DNA of 64,000 bases from an uncultured Thioalkalispiraceae bacterium (GTDB lineage: Bacteria > Pseudomonadota > Gammaproteobacteria > UBA6429 > Thiohalophilaceae): assembly GCA_964514215.1 (NCBI GenBank), contig CAZEPW010000012.1:834-64833 (forward strand), in the 5' to 3' direction. A program made the position numbers and the translations under genes. The stretch's first letter is position 1. Every line of letters starts with the position of its first letter. This document shows positions 36,890-46,432 of this stretch, in pieces. Below the pieces are notes generated by a model. The model did no database searches and had not been told where the DNA came from. It saw only the letters and a list, made by a program, of their open reading frames with translations.

Positions 36890-37969
36890 ATGTCAATAAC
36901 ACTATGCGAAAAATATGGATTTGATGAGCAAGGGCGGTTATCGCGTTTGGTATTGGTTCGACTGCTAAGTGAGTCTACGGTTGAAGCCGATATTAAAAAA
37001 ACCAATGTCATTTTTACCAAGCTGCATGGTTTAATTGTTGAACCTTATATCACAGAAATTATAGAGCAGTTTTATCAGTATTTATTGGCTCATGAATCCA
37101 TGAGACATTTTTTACTCAATGATGAGTTAATTTCCAGTTTAAAAAAAACTCAAAAGGAATATTTATTATCTCTTGGTATTGGATTTGATTCGGAAAAATA
37201 TTTTGAAAGTAGGCTTCGAATCGGTGTTGTGCATGCCAGATTTTCATTACCTTTGAGTTTGTATCAATGCGCATATAACAATTTACAAGAAATTATTTGT
37301 TTTTATATTGATTTAAATTCAGAATTATCACTTAAAGAAAAAGAGTGTTATCGAAATTATTTGCACCGAATGATTACGCTTGATGAATCATTAGCGGTTG
37401 ATACCTATTTTGCTGCAAATATGCAGAGCCTTGAGTCATCAATTGAAATTTTGCGCGATAAAGGTGAAGCTTTACGGCAACAGGTAGAGCACGATACCTT
37501 AACAAAAGTAAATAGTCGCAAGAAAATATTGGATTATATTGAGCATAATATCATTCGTTTTGAAACCGATGGCACGCCACTAGCGTTAGTGATGGTCGAT
37601 TTAGATAAATTTAAAGATGTTAATGATAAGTATGGGCATATTGTTGGTGATGAAGTTTTAAAACATACCGCATCACGAATTAATGGTGCATTGCGTAATA
37701 TCGATGTTGTTGGTCGATACGGTGGCGAAGAGTTTATTCTTTTGTTACCGAATACCAATTTAGATACGGCTATTATTATTTGTGAACGTATTCGAACCGC
37801 CATTGCCGAAACACCGGTAAAATATGGTAATCATTTGATTTACACTACGATTAGTCTGGGTGTCACGACAATCACAAATGGCGATACAATTAATAGTGCT
37901 ATTGAACGTGCTGATAGTTTAATGTATCAATCGAAGCAAAAAGGAAGGAATTGTGTTACTTGGCGTTGA
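36890..37969 (+). CDS. Globin-coupled sensor diguanylate cyclase
   Basis: Protoglobin-like N-terminus with RIGVVHARFSLPLSLY (proximal His region), a coiled linker, and a GGDEF domain carrying RNID (RxxD) and GGEEF. Confidence 0.8.
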   Translation: MSITLCEKYGFDEQGRLSRLVLVRLLSESTVEADIKKTNVIFTKLHGLIVEPYITEIIEQFYQYLLAHESMRHFLLNDELISSLKKTQKEYLLSLGIGFDSEKYFESRLRIGVVHARFSLPLSLYQCAYNNLQEIICFYIDLNSELSLKEKECYRNYLHRMITLDESLAVDTYFAANMQSLESSIEILRDKGEALRQQVEHDTLTKVNSRKKILDYIEHNIIRFETDGTPLALVMVDLDKFKDVNDKYGHIVGDEVLKHTASRINGALRNIDVVGRYGGEEFILLLPNTNLDTAIIICERIRTAIAETPVKYGNHLIYTTISLGVTTITNGDTINSAIERADSLMYQSKQKGRNCVTWR

Positions 37970-39962
37970 TACCGGCGGTACGTTTACTGATTTTGTGTTA
38001 TTTAAAAATGGTTCGTTAACAATACACAAAGTATTATCGACCCCCAAATTTCCCGAACAAGCTATCTTGCGCGGTATTACAGAATTGGGAATTTTAGCAT
38101 CTCAATCGTTAGCGGATTTAACTATCATCCACGGCTCAACGGTTGCAACGAATGCGTTATTAGAACGTAAGGGGGTGCGAACGGTTTATGTCACTAATAA
38201 TGGTCTAACCGATTTATTAACTATTGCGCGTCAAACTCGGCCTGAACTCTATGCTTTGCAGGGGCCTATTGTTAAACCACCAGTCGCTAAAGAATTATGC
38301 ATTGCCGCGAATACCCGGGTCGCTGCAACGGGTGAAATAATTTCAAGTATTTCAGATGATGAGTGCCAACAGCTGTGTCAAAAAATTATTAATTTAAAAC
38401 CAGATTCGGTCGCCATTAACTTTTTGTTTTCATATCTTAATTCAGATGATGAAAAAAAATTATATGATAATTTACCTAAATCTCTTTTTGTTTCTTGTTC
38501 GTCAACTGTGCTGCCTGAATTAAAAGAATATGAGCGTGGTATTGCAACGTGGTTAAATTCTTATGTTGGGCCGTTAGTTGACGGTTATATTCAACGTTTA
38601 CAAAACAAATTGCCAGGGGTTAATATCTCGGTGATGCAAAGTTCGGGAGGCACTATTGCGGCATCTCAAGCCGGTGAGCAAGCTGTGCGAATGTTATTGT
38701 CAGGCCCTGCGGGTGGTATGGCTGGTGCAAAATACATGTCTGACATGGTATCGTGTTCGAGAATATTAACGTTTGATATGGGCGGCACATCAACTGATGT
38801 GGCGATGATTGATCGCGATATTCAGTTAACCACTCAAGGACAAATTGATTGTTTTCCGGTTGCGGTACCGATGGTGGATATGCACACGATTGGCGCTGGT
38901 GGTGGCTCGATTGCTTATATTGATTCTGGCGGTGTGTTACAGGTTGGACCCGAATCCGCTGGTGCCGACCCGGGGCCGGCGTGTTATGGCAAGGGTGGAG
39001 ACTATGCCACGGTAACGGATGCCAATTTAGTGTTAGGGCGCTTACCGGCTACAGAATTTCTAGGGGGGAATATGCGACTGGATGAAGCTGCAGCAAATAC
39101 GGTCATTGCTCTGTTAGCCAAAAAATTATCGTTGGATGTTTTTGAAACTGCATTAGGCATTATTCAAATCGCAAATGAGCATATGGTTCAGGCATTGCGT
39201 GTTATGTCTGTGCAACGTGGTTTGGATCCACGGTTAATGAGTCTGGTTTCATTTGGTGGTGCGGGCAGCTTACACGTGTGTGCCTTAGCCGATAGTTTGT
39301 CGATTAGTCGAGCTTTAGTTCCGATTCACGGTGGGGTTTTATCTGCATTTGGAATGTTGGTTGCACCTAAAGCACGTTATCTGTCACATTCATTTCAATG
39401 TTTAGCAACTAAGGTTGATTATAACGCGTTGTTTGATTGTTTTAGCCGTTTGCGTGATAAAGGCATTGCCGCCCTACAACAAGAATCGGTTGCTGTTGAG
39501 CAGCTACAGTTTATACATGAAATTGATTTACGTTATGTCGGCCAGTCCAGTTATATTACTGTGCCGATTGATTTTTCAGCTATTGATAAAAATAATTTAG
39601 ATTTAACTGCTTATATCCATTTATTCCATCAACAACATTTAAAACTTTATGGTCATAAGATTGAGCTTGCGGTTGAATTGGTTAATATTCGTTTAACATT
39701 AAAAAGTGACTGTGCGACACCAGTAATCCGTGATGTCATTTTGAAAAATAAAAATAAGCCAGTTGTAAAAAAATATTCTTTACATGGTTTTGAAAAACCG
39801 GTTATGTCATATCATCGAGACAGTTTGCTGCTGGGGCAAAAAATTTCGGGTCCAGCATTAATTATTGAAGCAACCTCAACAACATTTTTAGAACAAAGCT
39901 GGAGTGCTCAAGTGCTGGTGATGGGCAATTTATTATTATCAAAAAAAGAAGCTAATTTATAA
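37953..39962 (+). CDS. Hydantoinase/oxoprolinase A-family protein (HyuA-like), no HyuB partner nearby
   Basis: LLGVDTGGTFTDFVL N-terminus and FDMGGTSTDV motif. A GTG start overlaps the upstream gene by 17 nt. Confidence 0.85.
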   Translation: MLLGVDTGGTFTDFVLFKNGSLTIHKVLSTPKFPEQAILRGITELGILASQSLADLTIIHGSTVATNALLERKGVRTVYVTNNGLTDLLTIARQTRPELYALQGPIVKPPVAKELCIAANTRVAATGEIISSISDDECQQLCQKIINLKPDSVAINFLFSYLNSDDEKKLYDNLPKSLFVSCSSTVLPELKEYERGIATWLNSYVGPLVDGYIQRLQNKLPGVNISVMQSSGGTIAASQAGEQAVRMLLSGPAGGMAGAKYMSDMVSCSRILTFDMGGTSTDVAMIDRDIQLTTQGQIDCFPVAVPMVDMHTIGAGGGSIAYIDSGGVLQVGPESAGADPGPACYGKGGDYATVTDANLVLGRLPATEFLGGNMRLDEAAANTVIALLAKKLSLDVFETALGIIQIANEHMVQALRVMSVQRGLDPRLMSLVSFGGAGSLHVCALADSLSISRALVPIHGGVLSAFGMLVAPKARYLSHSFQCLATKVDYNALFDCFSRLRDKGIAALQQESVAVEQLQFIHEIDLRYVGQSSYITVPIDFSAIDKNNLDLTAYIHLFHQQHLKLYGHKIELAVELVNIRLTLKSDCATPVIRDVILKNKNKPVVKKYSLHGFEKPVMSYHRDSLLLGQKISGPALIIEATSTTFLEQSWSAQVLVMGNLLLSKKEANL

Positions 39963-41198
39963 TTCAGTATCTTCAATAAGATCGTCTGTCCAACTGACTG
40001 CTGATAAATAGGCTTTTCGCAGATCATCTGATGATATTTCGCAATGCTTTAAGCTTTCAAGATCATTTCGTTCATATGCAATAACGCTTGATAAAATACC
40101 GGCAAGTTTACCTTTGCCCATAATGAGACATTCAATTATTTCTTCATACAATGGCAGTTGCGCTAAGATTTCTTCCATTGGTTTGTCCATGACAGCATCG
40201 ATAATGGAAAATAAACCCGTGGTGAAGGCCATGTCTTTTAATTCAGGTGCAATGCGCTGCGCTAAGTATTCGCTCATTTTTGCGCGTACTAACGAGGTGA
40301 TAATGAGTTCTTGAGGTTTATCTTCCATTTTGGATAAAACCACCAGTGTGGCAACACTTTTAACGGTGCTTAGTCCTAATAGCGTTATTGCGTGAGCAAT
40401 AGAATCAACTTTACGATTAACGTGATACATTGATGAATTAATGTAGCGCAGCAGCCTGATTGACATGGTAATGTCTTGCAAAATTAATTCTTCGATGTCT
40501 TTTGGGCTACTTGACGCATTATGTAATTTTGCCAATATGCGCATTGCGGCCATTTTATTGGCGGGGGGGCGGATACCCGAGATTATTTTGGGTTTGCAAA
40601 AAAAATAACCTTGGTAGTAATCAAATTGTAATTTTTGACAAAACTCATATTCTTCTTGGGTTTCGACTTTTTCGGCGAGTAATTTCACATCGTATTTTCG
40701 TAATATTTCGACATGTTCAACTAATTCTTCTTGAGTTAATGCTAATAAATCAATTTTAATAATTTGGGCTAATTCAATTAAAGGTTCTAATTTTTTGTGA
40801 TAAACAAAGTCATCCAGAGCAATGGTGTAACCTTGATCCGATAGTTTCTTAACTGCAGTGATTATTTGATCGTCAATTTCAATATCTTCAAGAATTTCCA
40901 GCACAACTTTATCTTGGCATTCAGGTAAAGGATAAATGCCAAGCAAGAAGCTTCGTGTTAAATTTATAAACGCAAGGTGTTTGCCAATTATTTTGGTGAG
41001 ACCAATTTCGGTAAAGGTATTTAAAATAACTTCAGTTGTCGCATGGTCGCCGTCGATGAAATTTGCTTCGTTAACTTCTCCTGAACGAAAGAGTAATTCA
41101 TAGGCGTAGACATTTAATGAAGTGTCATAAATTGGTTGACGGCCAATATAAACGCTCTCAAAATGTTTTTTTGCAGAGAGATCGAGATCTAAGTCCAT
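39957..41198 (-). CDS. EAL plus HDOD domain signalling protein
   Basis: N-terminal EAL-type domain (YELLFR, LEILE, YYQGYFF) followed by an HDOD-like helical domain. Confidence 0.85.
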   Translation of the reverse strand: MDLDLDLSAKKHFESVYIGRQPIYDTSLNVYAYELLFRSGEVNEANFIDGDHATTEVILNTFTEIGLTKIIGKHLAFINLTRSFLLGIYPLPECQDKVVLEILEDIEIDDQIITAVKKLSDQGYTIALDDFVYHKKLEPLIELAQIIKIDLLALTQEELVEHVEILRKYDVKLLAEKVETQEEYEFCQKLQFDYYQGYFFCKPKIISGIRPPANKMAAMRILAKLHNASSSPKDIEELILQDITMSIRLLRYINSSMYHVNRKVDSIAHAITLLGLSTVKSVATLVVLSKMEDKPQELIITSLVRAKMSEYLAQRIAPELKDMAFTTGLFSIIDAVMDKPMEEILAQLPLYEEIIECLIMGKGKLAGILSSVIAYERNDLESLKHCEISSDDLRKAYLSAVSWTDDLIEDTEL

Positions 41199-41442
41199 GA
41201 ATTATTCAGCATAATGTGGTTAATTAACATTACTAATATCGACCTAGGAAATAATAACTTTATTGTCTGATTTCGATATTTTCATTAAATATAGTATTGA
41301 ATCAACAATTTTAATGCTTTTTTGAATCTGTTCCTTACTGTTTATTTGAATTTAGATGATAAAAATCAAAATATTTGCGTAATATAAATGTTTGAATTAA
41401 TGTAGTTAAGGTGTGGCATACTAATATTGTTATTTTAAATCT

Positions 41443-42360
41443 ATGATAAAAAAAATAAAAAATTTTATTGGGCTCGATAGTAAATCGGTTAGCTCTGCTG
41501 AACATTTAGTGTCAACTATTGGTGGCGTTATCGGGATTTTATTGGTTTATAGCGTTAGCCAGTATTATATTGGTAGTGCTTCTGCGGTTATCGTGCCGTC
41601 AATGGGCGCGTCAGCTGTTTTATTATTTGCGGTGCCACACGGTAAGTTATCTCAACCTTGGGCTCTTTTTGGTGGTCATCTGGTTTCGGCCATCATCGGG
41701 GTCGCATGTGCCCAGTATATCGATAGTATATTTCTCGCGGCAAGTTTAGCTGTTGGTTTGGCGATTGGCGGGATGCATTTGCTACGCTGTATCCATCCTC
41801 CCGGAGGAGCGACTGCGATTGCTGCTGTGATTGGCGGGCCACAAATTCTGGAATTAGGTTTTAATTTTGTTATTACTCCTATTTTTGTTAATACATTCAT
41901 TATTTTTACTGTGGCAATTTTGTTTAACAGTGTTTTTCCTTGGCGGCGTTATCCCGTTAGCTTAATGCGTTTTACTGACGCCCCCCAAAAAAGCAAGGTT
42001 AAACTCGAGCATACGATTGAAAAACAATTTATTGAGCAAGCCATATCTGATTTAGATGTTGTGATCGATTTGACCAGTAGCGATTTACAACAGATTTTTA
42101 CGTTAGCACAAAACCATGCCGAATCATCGGTATTATCAGCCCATCAAATCAAACTTCGTCATTATTACACTAATAATAAACACGGTGGTGAGTGGTCTGT
42201 GCGACAAATAATTGATGAATCAAGCTCTGATGATCCTAAAAAAGATATGGTGATTTATCGTATTGCAGAAGGCAGTGGCGTGAATAATGCGGATAGTTGT
42301 ACGCGTGTTGAATTTGCCCGTTGGGCTGCACGTGAACTTTATTCGACGCAAAATAGTTAA
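41443..42360 (+). CDS. HPP-family membrane protein with uncharacterised C-terminal domain
   Basis: HPPGGATA motif within four TM helices, plus a soluble tail of about 130 aa. Confidence 0.8.
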   Translation: MIKKIKNFIGLDSKSVSSAEHLVSTIGGVIGILLVYSVSQYYIGSASAVIVPSMGASAVLLFAVPHGKLSQPWALFGGHLVSAIIGVACAQYIDSIFLAASLAVGLAIGGMHLLRCIHPPGGATAIAAVIGGPQILELGFNFVITPIFVNTFIIFTVAILFNSVFPWRRYPVSLMRFTDAPQKSKVKLEHTIEKQFIEQAISDLDVVIDLTSSDLQQIFTLAQNHAESSVLSAHQIKLRHYYTNNKHGGEWSVRQIIDESSSDDPKKDMVIYRIAEGSGVNNADSCTRVEFARWAARELYSTQNS

Positions 42361-42561
42361 TAAATTTTTGTAAACGTAAGACAGTATTATATCAAATTTG
42401 ATCCACTATCAATTTAATGATGGCCCAGTGGAATAAAAAATAAATAAATAATGCAGAGAAATAAATTTTTTTTGATCTAAATCAATACTAGCATCTAATA
42501 AAACCTAAATTAGTTACTATAATTAATAGTAGCAGAGATGCTTTAGAGAGGAGGCAGTACA

Positions 42562-42732
42562 ATGTTACGAAAGAATAACTTAATTGTTGTTTCTCGAAAT
42601 AGTAACGCCTTGATTGCTTTGAAAAAATGCAGAGTTGGTGCAGCGCTTAGAGCTGATCATCAGTGGTTGTATGATTATCCTCAGATGAGGATGTTTGTTA
42701 CCAGGAAAAAAGTTACAAGTATGATTGAATAG
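42562..42732 (+). CDS. 56-aa basic hypothetical protein upstream of hsp20
   Basis: MLRKNNLIVVSRNSNALIALKK..., preceded by a GAGGAGG SD about 8 nt upstream. It falls below the track size cut-off. Confidence 0.4.
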   Translation: MLRKNNLIVVSRNSNALIALKKCRVGAALRADHQWLYDYPQMRMFVTRKKVTSMIE

Positions 42733-42811
42733 CGAATGATTTTCGCGCCCGACATCTGTATTTTAATCGTTAAAATGAGGTGTGTTAATAATAGTATAGG
42801 AGGTGATAGTC

Positions 42812-43318
42812 ATGAAAACCAAAACTGAAACGACAATGACAACCTCAAATAAAGGAGACTCTGAAACAATTTCAAGAGGTTTGTCAGCATTTGAAGAAAT
42901 GGATAGGTTGTTTGACAATTATGTTACAGGAGATTGGTTTAGGCCTTTTCGATGGCACAAACCCGCATTAACCGGAAACACAACTATTTTTGATGGCAAA
43001 ACGCCCTGCGTTGATGTGATTGATCTTGATAACGAAATTCTTATTAAAGCAGAGCTTCCCGGAGTTGAAAAGAAGGATCTGGATATTTCGGTTACTAAAA
43101 ATAGTGTTACCATTAAAGGCACTACTTGCCATGAAGCAACGGAGGAAAAAGGTGATTACTATCATAGTGAAATTTCACGCGGCAGCTATCAACGCACCAT
43201 AATGTTACCTGCCGATGTGCATGAAGAAAAAGCCAAAGCAAAATTCAAGGATGGCGTATTAAAACTAACGTTACCTAAAATGGAAAAATCAATACACCAC
43301 AAAATCAAAGTGGATTAA
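42812..43318 (+). CDS. Hsp20/alpha-crystallin small heat-shock protein
   Basis: AGGAGG SD 7 nt before the ATG at 42812. Alpha-crystallin core VDVIDLDNEILIKAELPGVEKKDLDISV...GVLKLTLPK. Confidence 0.93.
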   Translation: MKTKTETTMTTSNKGDSETISRGLSAFEEMDRLFDNYVTGDWFRPFRWHKPALTGNTTIFDGKTPCVDVIDLDNEILIKAELPGVEKKDLDISVTKNSVTIKGTTCHEATEEKGDYYHSEISRGSYQRTIMLPADVHEEKAKAKFKDGVLKLTLPKMEKSIHHKIKVD

Positions 43319-43340
43319 AACGAGCCATTATCAGTAACGA

Positions 43341-43368
43341 AAACCCGGCGGCAACGCCGGGTTTTTTT
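43341..43368 (+). terminator. Rho-independent terminator after hsp20
   Basis: AAACCCGGCG-gcaa-CGCCGGGTTT followed by TTTTT. Confidence 0.85.
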
Positions 43369-43399
43369 ATGCTAAACCGTTATTTTGAATTTAAATCAA

Positions 43400-44311
43400 T
43401 TAACCGGTTTTTGGTATATTATAAAAGTTTGATAACGCTTGAGTGGCTTTATCATAACCCAAATCGATTATTTCTTGGGCGCGATAAAATTCATAGAATG
43501 AACATACATTTCTCGGTATGGAAATAATAACATCGGGAGAATAAGCAGCAAGTTGTAAACCGATAATTTTACTTTGCATGGTTTCAGAGGTTTTACTGAT
43601 TAAATCGTAGGCCGACATTGAATCGCTGTCTAGTTGTTGCTGTTTTGATTGTAATCCGGTTATAAATTCGGTTATCCGCTGTCGATAATTGGTGGTATTT
43701 TTTTGTTTCGTTGTTTGTGGTGGGATATTTTTGATTATTATGTGTTCCGGTTTAGCGTTTGGATTAACAGCAATAGTAATATCGGTTTTATCATTTAATG
43801 TTGGTGCGATAGGAATCGGATTGATTACGCTACCATCGATTAATTGCATCCCCATGTATTTATGAGGTGTAAAAATCATTGGAATAGCAATGGAGGCTCG
43901 TATGGCATCAAACAATGAACCTTGGTTTATCCATATTTCTTTTTGTTCATTAATATCTGTCGCAACGGCTGTGTAGGAGATTGGTAAATCTTCAATGTTA
44001 TAATCGCCGATCATTTTTTTTAAAACATGGATTATTCGTTCGCCTTTGAAAAGCCCCTGCTGTGAAAATGAAAAGTCCAGTAATCCTATTGCATCTGATT
44101 TTTCAAGTGCGGTTACCCACTGAGAATAAACATCTAATTTCCCTGTCGCATAAATACCACCAATTAATGCACCAATGGAGGATCCCGATATTGAGCAAAT
44201 CTCAAATCCTTGTTCTATTAGGTAATTAATAATTCCAATATGTGCATAACCACGAGCACCACCACTACCTAGTACTAGCGAGACTCGTTTAGGTTGTTTG
44301 CTACTGTTCAT
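43400..44311 (-). CDS. Patatin-like phospholipase
   Basis: GSGGARG oxyanion motif, GSSIG nucleophile elbow and DGS(V) Asp motif. The likely start is MNSSKQ, with a GAGG SD (the track's TTG start is at 44362). Confidence 0.9.
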   Translation of the reverse strand: MNSSKQPKRVSLVLGSGGARGYAHIGIINYLIEQGFEICSISGSSIGALIGGIYATGKLDVYSQWVTALEKSDAIGLLDFSFSQQGLFKGERIIHVLKKMIGDYNIEDLPISYTAVATDINEQKEIWINQGSLFDAIRASIAIPMIFTPHKYMGMQLIDGSVINPIPIAPTLNDKTDITIAVNPNAKPEHIIIKNIPPQTTKQKNTTNYRQRITEFITGLQSKQQQLDSDSMSAYDLISKTSETMQSKIIGLQLAAYSPDVIISIPRNVCSFYEFYRAQEIIDLGYDKATQALSNFYNIPKTG

Positions 44312-44950
44312 CAATTTAACCTCGGATTTGCATAAGGACAAGGCTGGTTCTTTAAAATTCAAACATTAAATAACCGGCATTCTCGATGTTACTACGATTT
44401 GTGTTTATTGTGGGTGAATGATGCTATTTAACCTGAGGTTTGCATAAGAAAATAAGTAACCTGAACAGGGGATAAGAAAAATATTTATTGCTGTTCAAAA
44501 ATACTATTCGAGCACAAATGTGAGGATATGGACTACACCCCTTCCGTAGCCGGTGGATTTAGTATTATTCTTTCGTAACGACTTAATTTGTTTATTTAAA
44601 TTATATTTGCTTACCCCGAGTTCAGGTTAAGTAGTTTAAATTTGAACATGAAAGCAGAATAGCCTCATTTTGTTGTTCATTAAACATTCAATTTTTTAGT
44701 GTTTTCTTATACGGATCTGAGATTATTTAACCACTAATTTATTTTTACATAGCTGATCTATCGTAATGAGCCTCTATCGATAAATATTTAATAGTATATA
44801 TTAACGAATTTAGGGCTAAGTAGAAATGTGGATTTGTTACTTGTTAACGGTTGATGTTGTAAAGTATTTTGGCTTTGGAAATTAACTGCACACTAATTAA
44901 CCAGAGTGTTGTTAATATGCTCGGGGGAAGTTGAAATACGTTGTCGAACT

Positions 44951-44990
44951 TCATCATACCTGTGGCTTAGTGACGGGTATGATGATTTTC
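44951..44990 (+). terminator. Strong plus-strand intrinsic terminator with no annotated upstream gene
   Basis: 13-bp stem TCATCATACCTGT / ACGGGTATGATGA (one G-U pair), 9-nt loop, then TTTTC. On the minus strand the wobble becomes a C-A mismatch and no U-run follows. Confidence 0.6.
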
Positions 44991-45007
44991 AGAAATTTGA
45001 ATCTTGA

Positions 45008-45163
45008 TTATTTAATTTTGGCTTCTTTATAGATAACATGCTTACGAGCCTTAGGATCGTATTTTTTAATTTCCATTTTATCCGGCATGGTTTTTTTATT
45101 TTTAGTCGTGGTATAAAAATGGCCTGTGCCAGCAGATGAAACTAATTTAATTTTATCTCGCAT
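45008..45163 (-). CDS. rpmG: 50S ribosomal protein L33
   Basis: Manual translation gives [51 protein letters not shown] (51 aa, below the track cut-off). Confidence 0.95.
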   Translation of the reverse strand: MRDKIKLVSSAGTGHFYTTTKNKKTMPDKMEIKKYDPKARKHVIYKEAKIK

Positions 45164-45174
45164 TATTCTTTCCC

Positions 45175-45411
45175 CTAAACCTTAATGCCGCGTTTACGCA
45201 TATCAATAAGTACACTATCGATACCTTTTTTGTCTATGATACGCATACCTTTTGCAGTCAACTTTAAGCGTATCCATCTATTTTCAGATGCGACCCAAAA
45301 TTTATGTGACTGTAAGTTTGGTAAAAACCGACGACGTGTGTGGTTTTTAGCATGGGATACATTATTTCCAGCTACTGGGCGTTTACCGGTAACTTGACAT
45401 ACTTTAGACAT
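45175..45411 (-). CDS. rpmB: 50S ribosomal protein L28
   Basis: [34 protein letters not shown]... (78 aa). The track ORF carries an 11-aa upstream extension. Confidence 0.96.
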   Translation of the reverse strand: MSKVCQVTGKRPVAGNNVSHAKNHTRRRFLPNLQSHKFWVASENRWIRLKLTAKGMRIIDKKGIDSVLIDMRKRGIKV

Positions 45412-45625
45412 GGTATTTCTCTCCAAATTTAAACTGTTCATCAATTCTAGGGTTTTACGCTTGAAGTTGCTCTATAAGCACATCAATTACCATAGTGATA
45501 AGACCGCGCATTCTACGCTAATTCAGTGCTGGATTTCAAGGTTAAAGCTTGATTATCGTGCCGTTATCAACAAATATTTAGGGCATCCCAGTAACTTTGT
45601 CTTAAGCCTTTGATTTACAGTGTTA

Positions 45626-46300
45626 TTATAACAAACCCCGCTCAGCAAATGACGTGCACTGGTTATCACCAATGACGATATGATCCAATACTTGAATATC
45701 AACTAATGCGAGTGCTGATTTTAGTTTCAAGGTGATTTGTTGATCGGCTTGGCTCGGCTCGGCGAGACCGGAGGGGTGATTATGTGCGAATATAATTGTA
45801 GCGGCATTATACTTGAGTGCACTTTTAACCACTTCTCGGGGATAAATTGTCGCACAAGCGATTGAACCTTGAAATAATTCTTCAAATTGCAGCACCTGAT
45901 GTTGGCTATCGAGATACAATACGGCAAATACTTCATGTTGGTAATCGCGTAGTTTTGCGTGTAAGAACTGCTTGGTCATCTCGGGATTATTAAGTAAATC
46001 TGTTTTTACCAGTGCTTCGCTAAGATGACGGCGCGACATTTCAACGACAGCTTGCAGTTGTGCAAATTTAGCACTGCCCAAACCTTTGTGTTGCACAAAT
46101 TCGTCGAGTTCACAGGTGAGTAGGGCACGCAAGCTTCCAAAAGAGTGTAATAGTTCTCGGGCTAAATCCACGGCTGTTTTGCCACGTGTACCTGTGCGTA
46201 AAAATATTGCTAATAATTCGGCATCAGACAATGCGTGGCAGCCATGATGCAATAGCTTTTCGCGTGGCCGTTCGGCTGCCGGCCAATTTTTAATGCTCAT
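45626..46300 (-). CDS. radC: RadC-family JAB-domain protein
   Basis: [17 protein letters not shown] start with a GGGAG SD, and the HNHPSG motif. Confidence 0.92.
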   Translation of the reverse strand: MSIKNWPAAERPREKLLHHGCHALSDAELLAIFLRTGTRGKTAVDLARELLHSFGSLRALLTCELDEFVQHKGLGSAKFAQLQAVVEMSRRHLSEALVKTDLLNNPEMTKQFLHAKLRDYQHEVFAVLYLDSQHQVLQFEELFQGSIACATIYPREVVKSALKYNAATIIFAHNHPSGLAEPSQADQQITLKLKSALALVDIQVLDHIVIGDNQCTSFAERGLL

Positions 46301-46432
46301 GGTAATCTCCCTGTTATAAACTATACCAATGTTAAATTCTTTCAATACTACAAGTAATTGGAAATAATAATAAGTGTTAAATCACGGAAATTGATATAAA
46401 TTTTGCGTACACTAGAGAGTATGAGACGTATT

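Noticed and set aside
39957-39962. Six-nt overlap of convergent stop codons (hydantoinase versus EAL-HDOD) as a separate regulatory feature
   Set aside because: It is probably just compact gene packing. It is mentioned within the c-di-GMP cluster finding rather than on its own.
44363-45007. Pseudogene remnant, or a known structured RNA (tmRNA, RNase P, SRP, 6S), in the ORF-free gap
   Set aside because: I could not find conserved signature motifs of these RNAs by eye, nor any extended degraded reading frame. It is left as an unassigned candidate sRNA locus.
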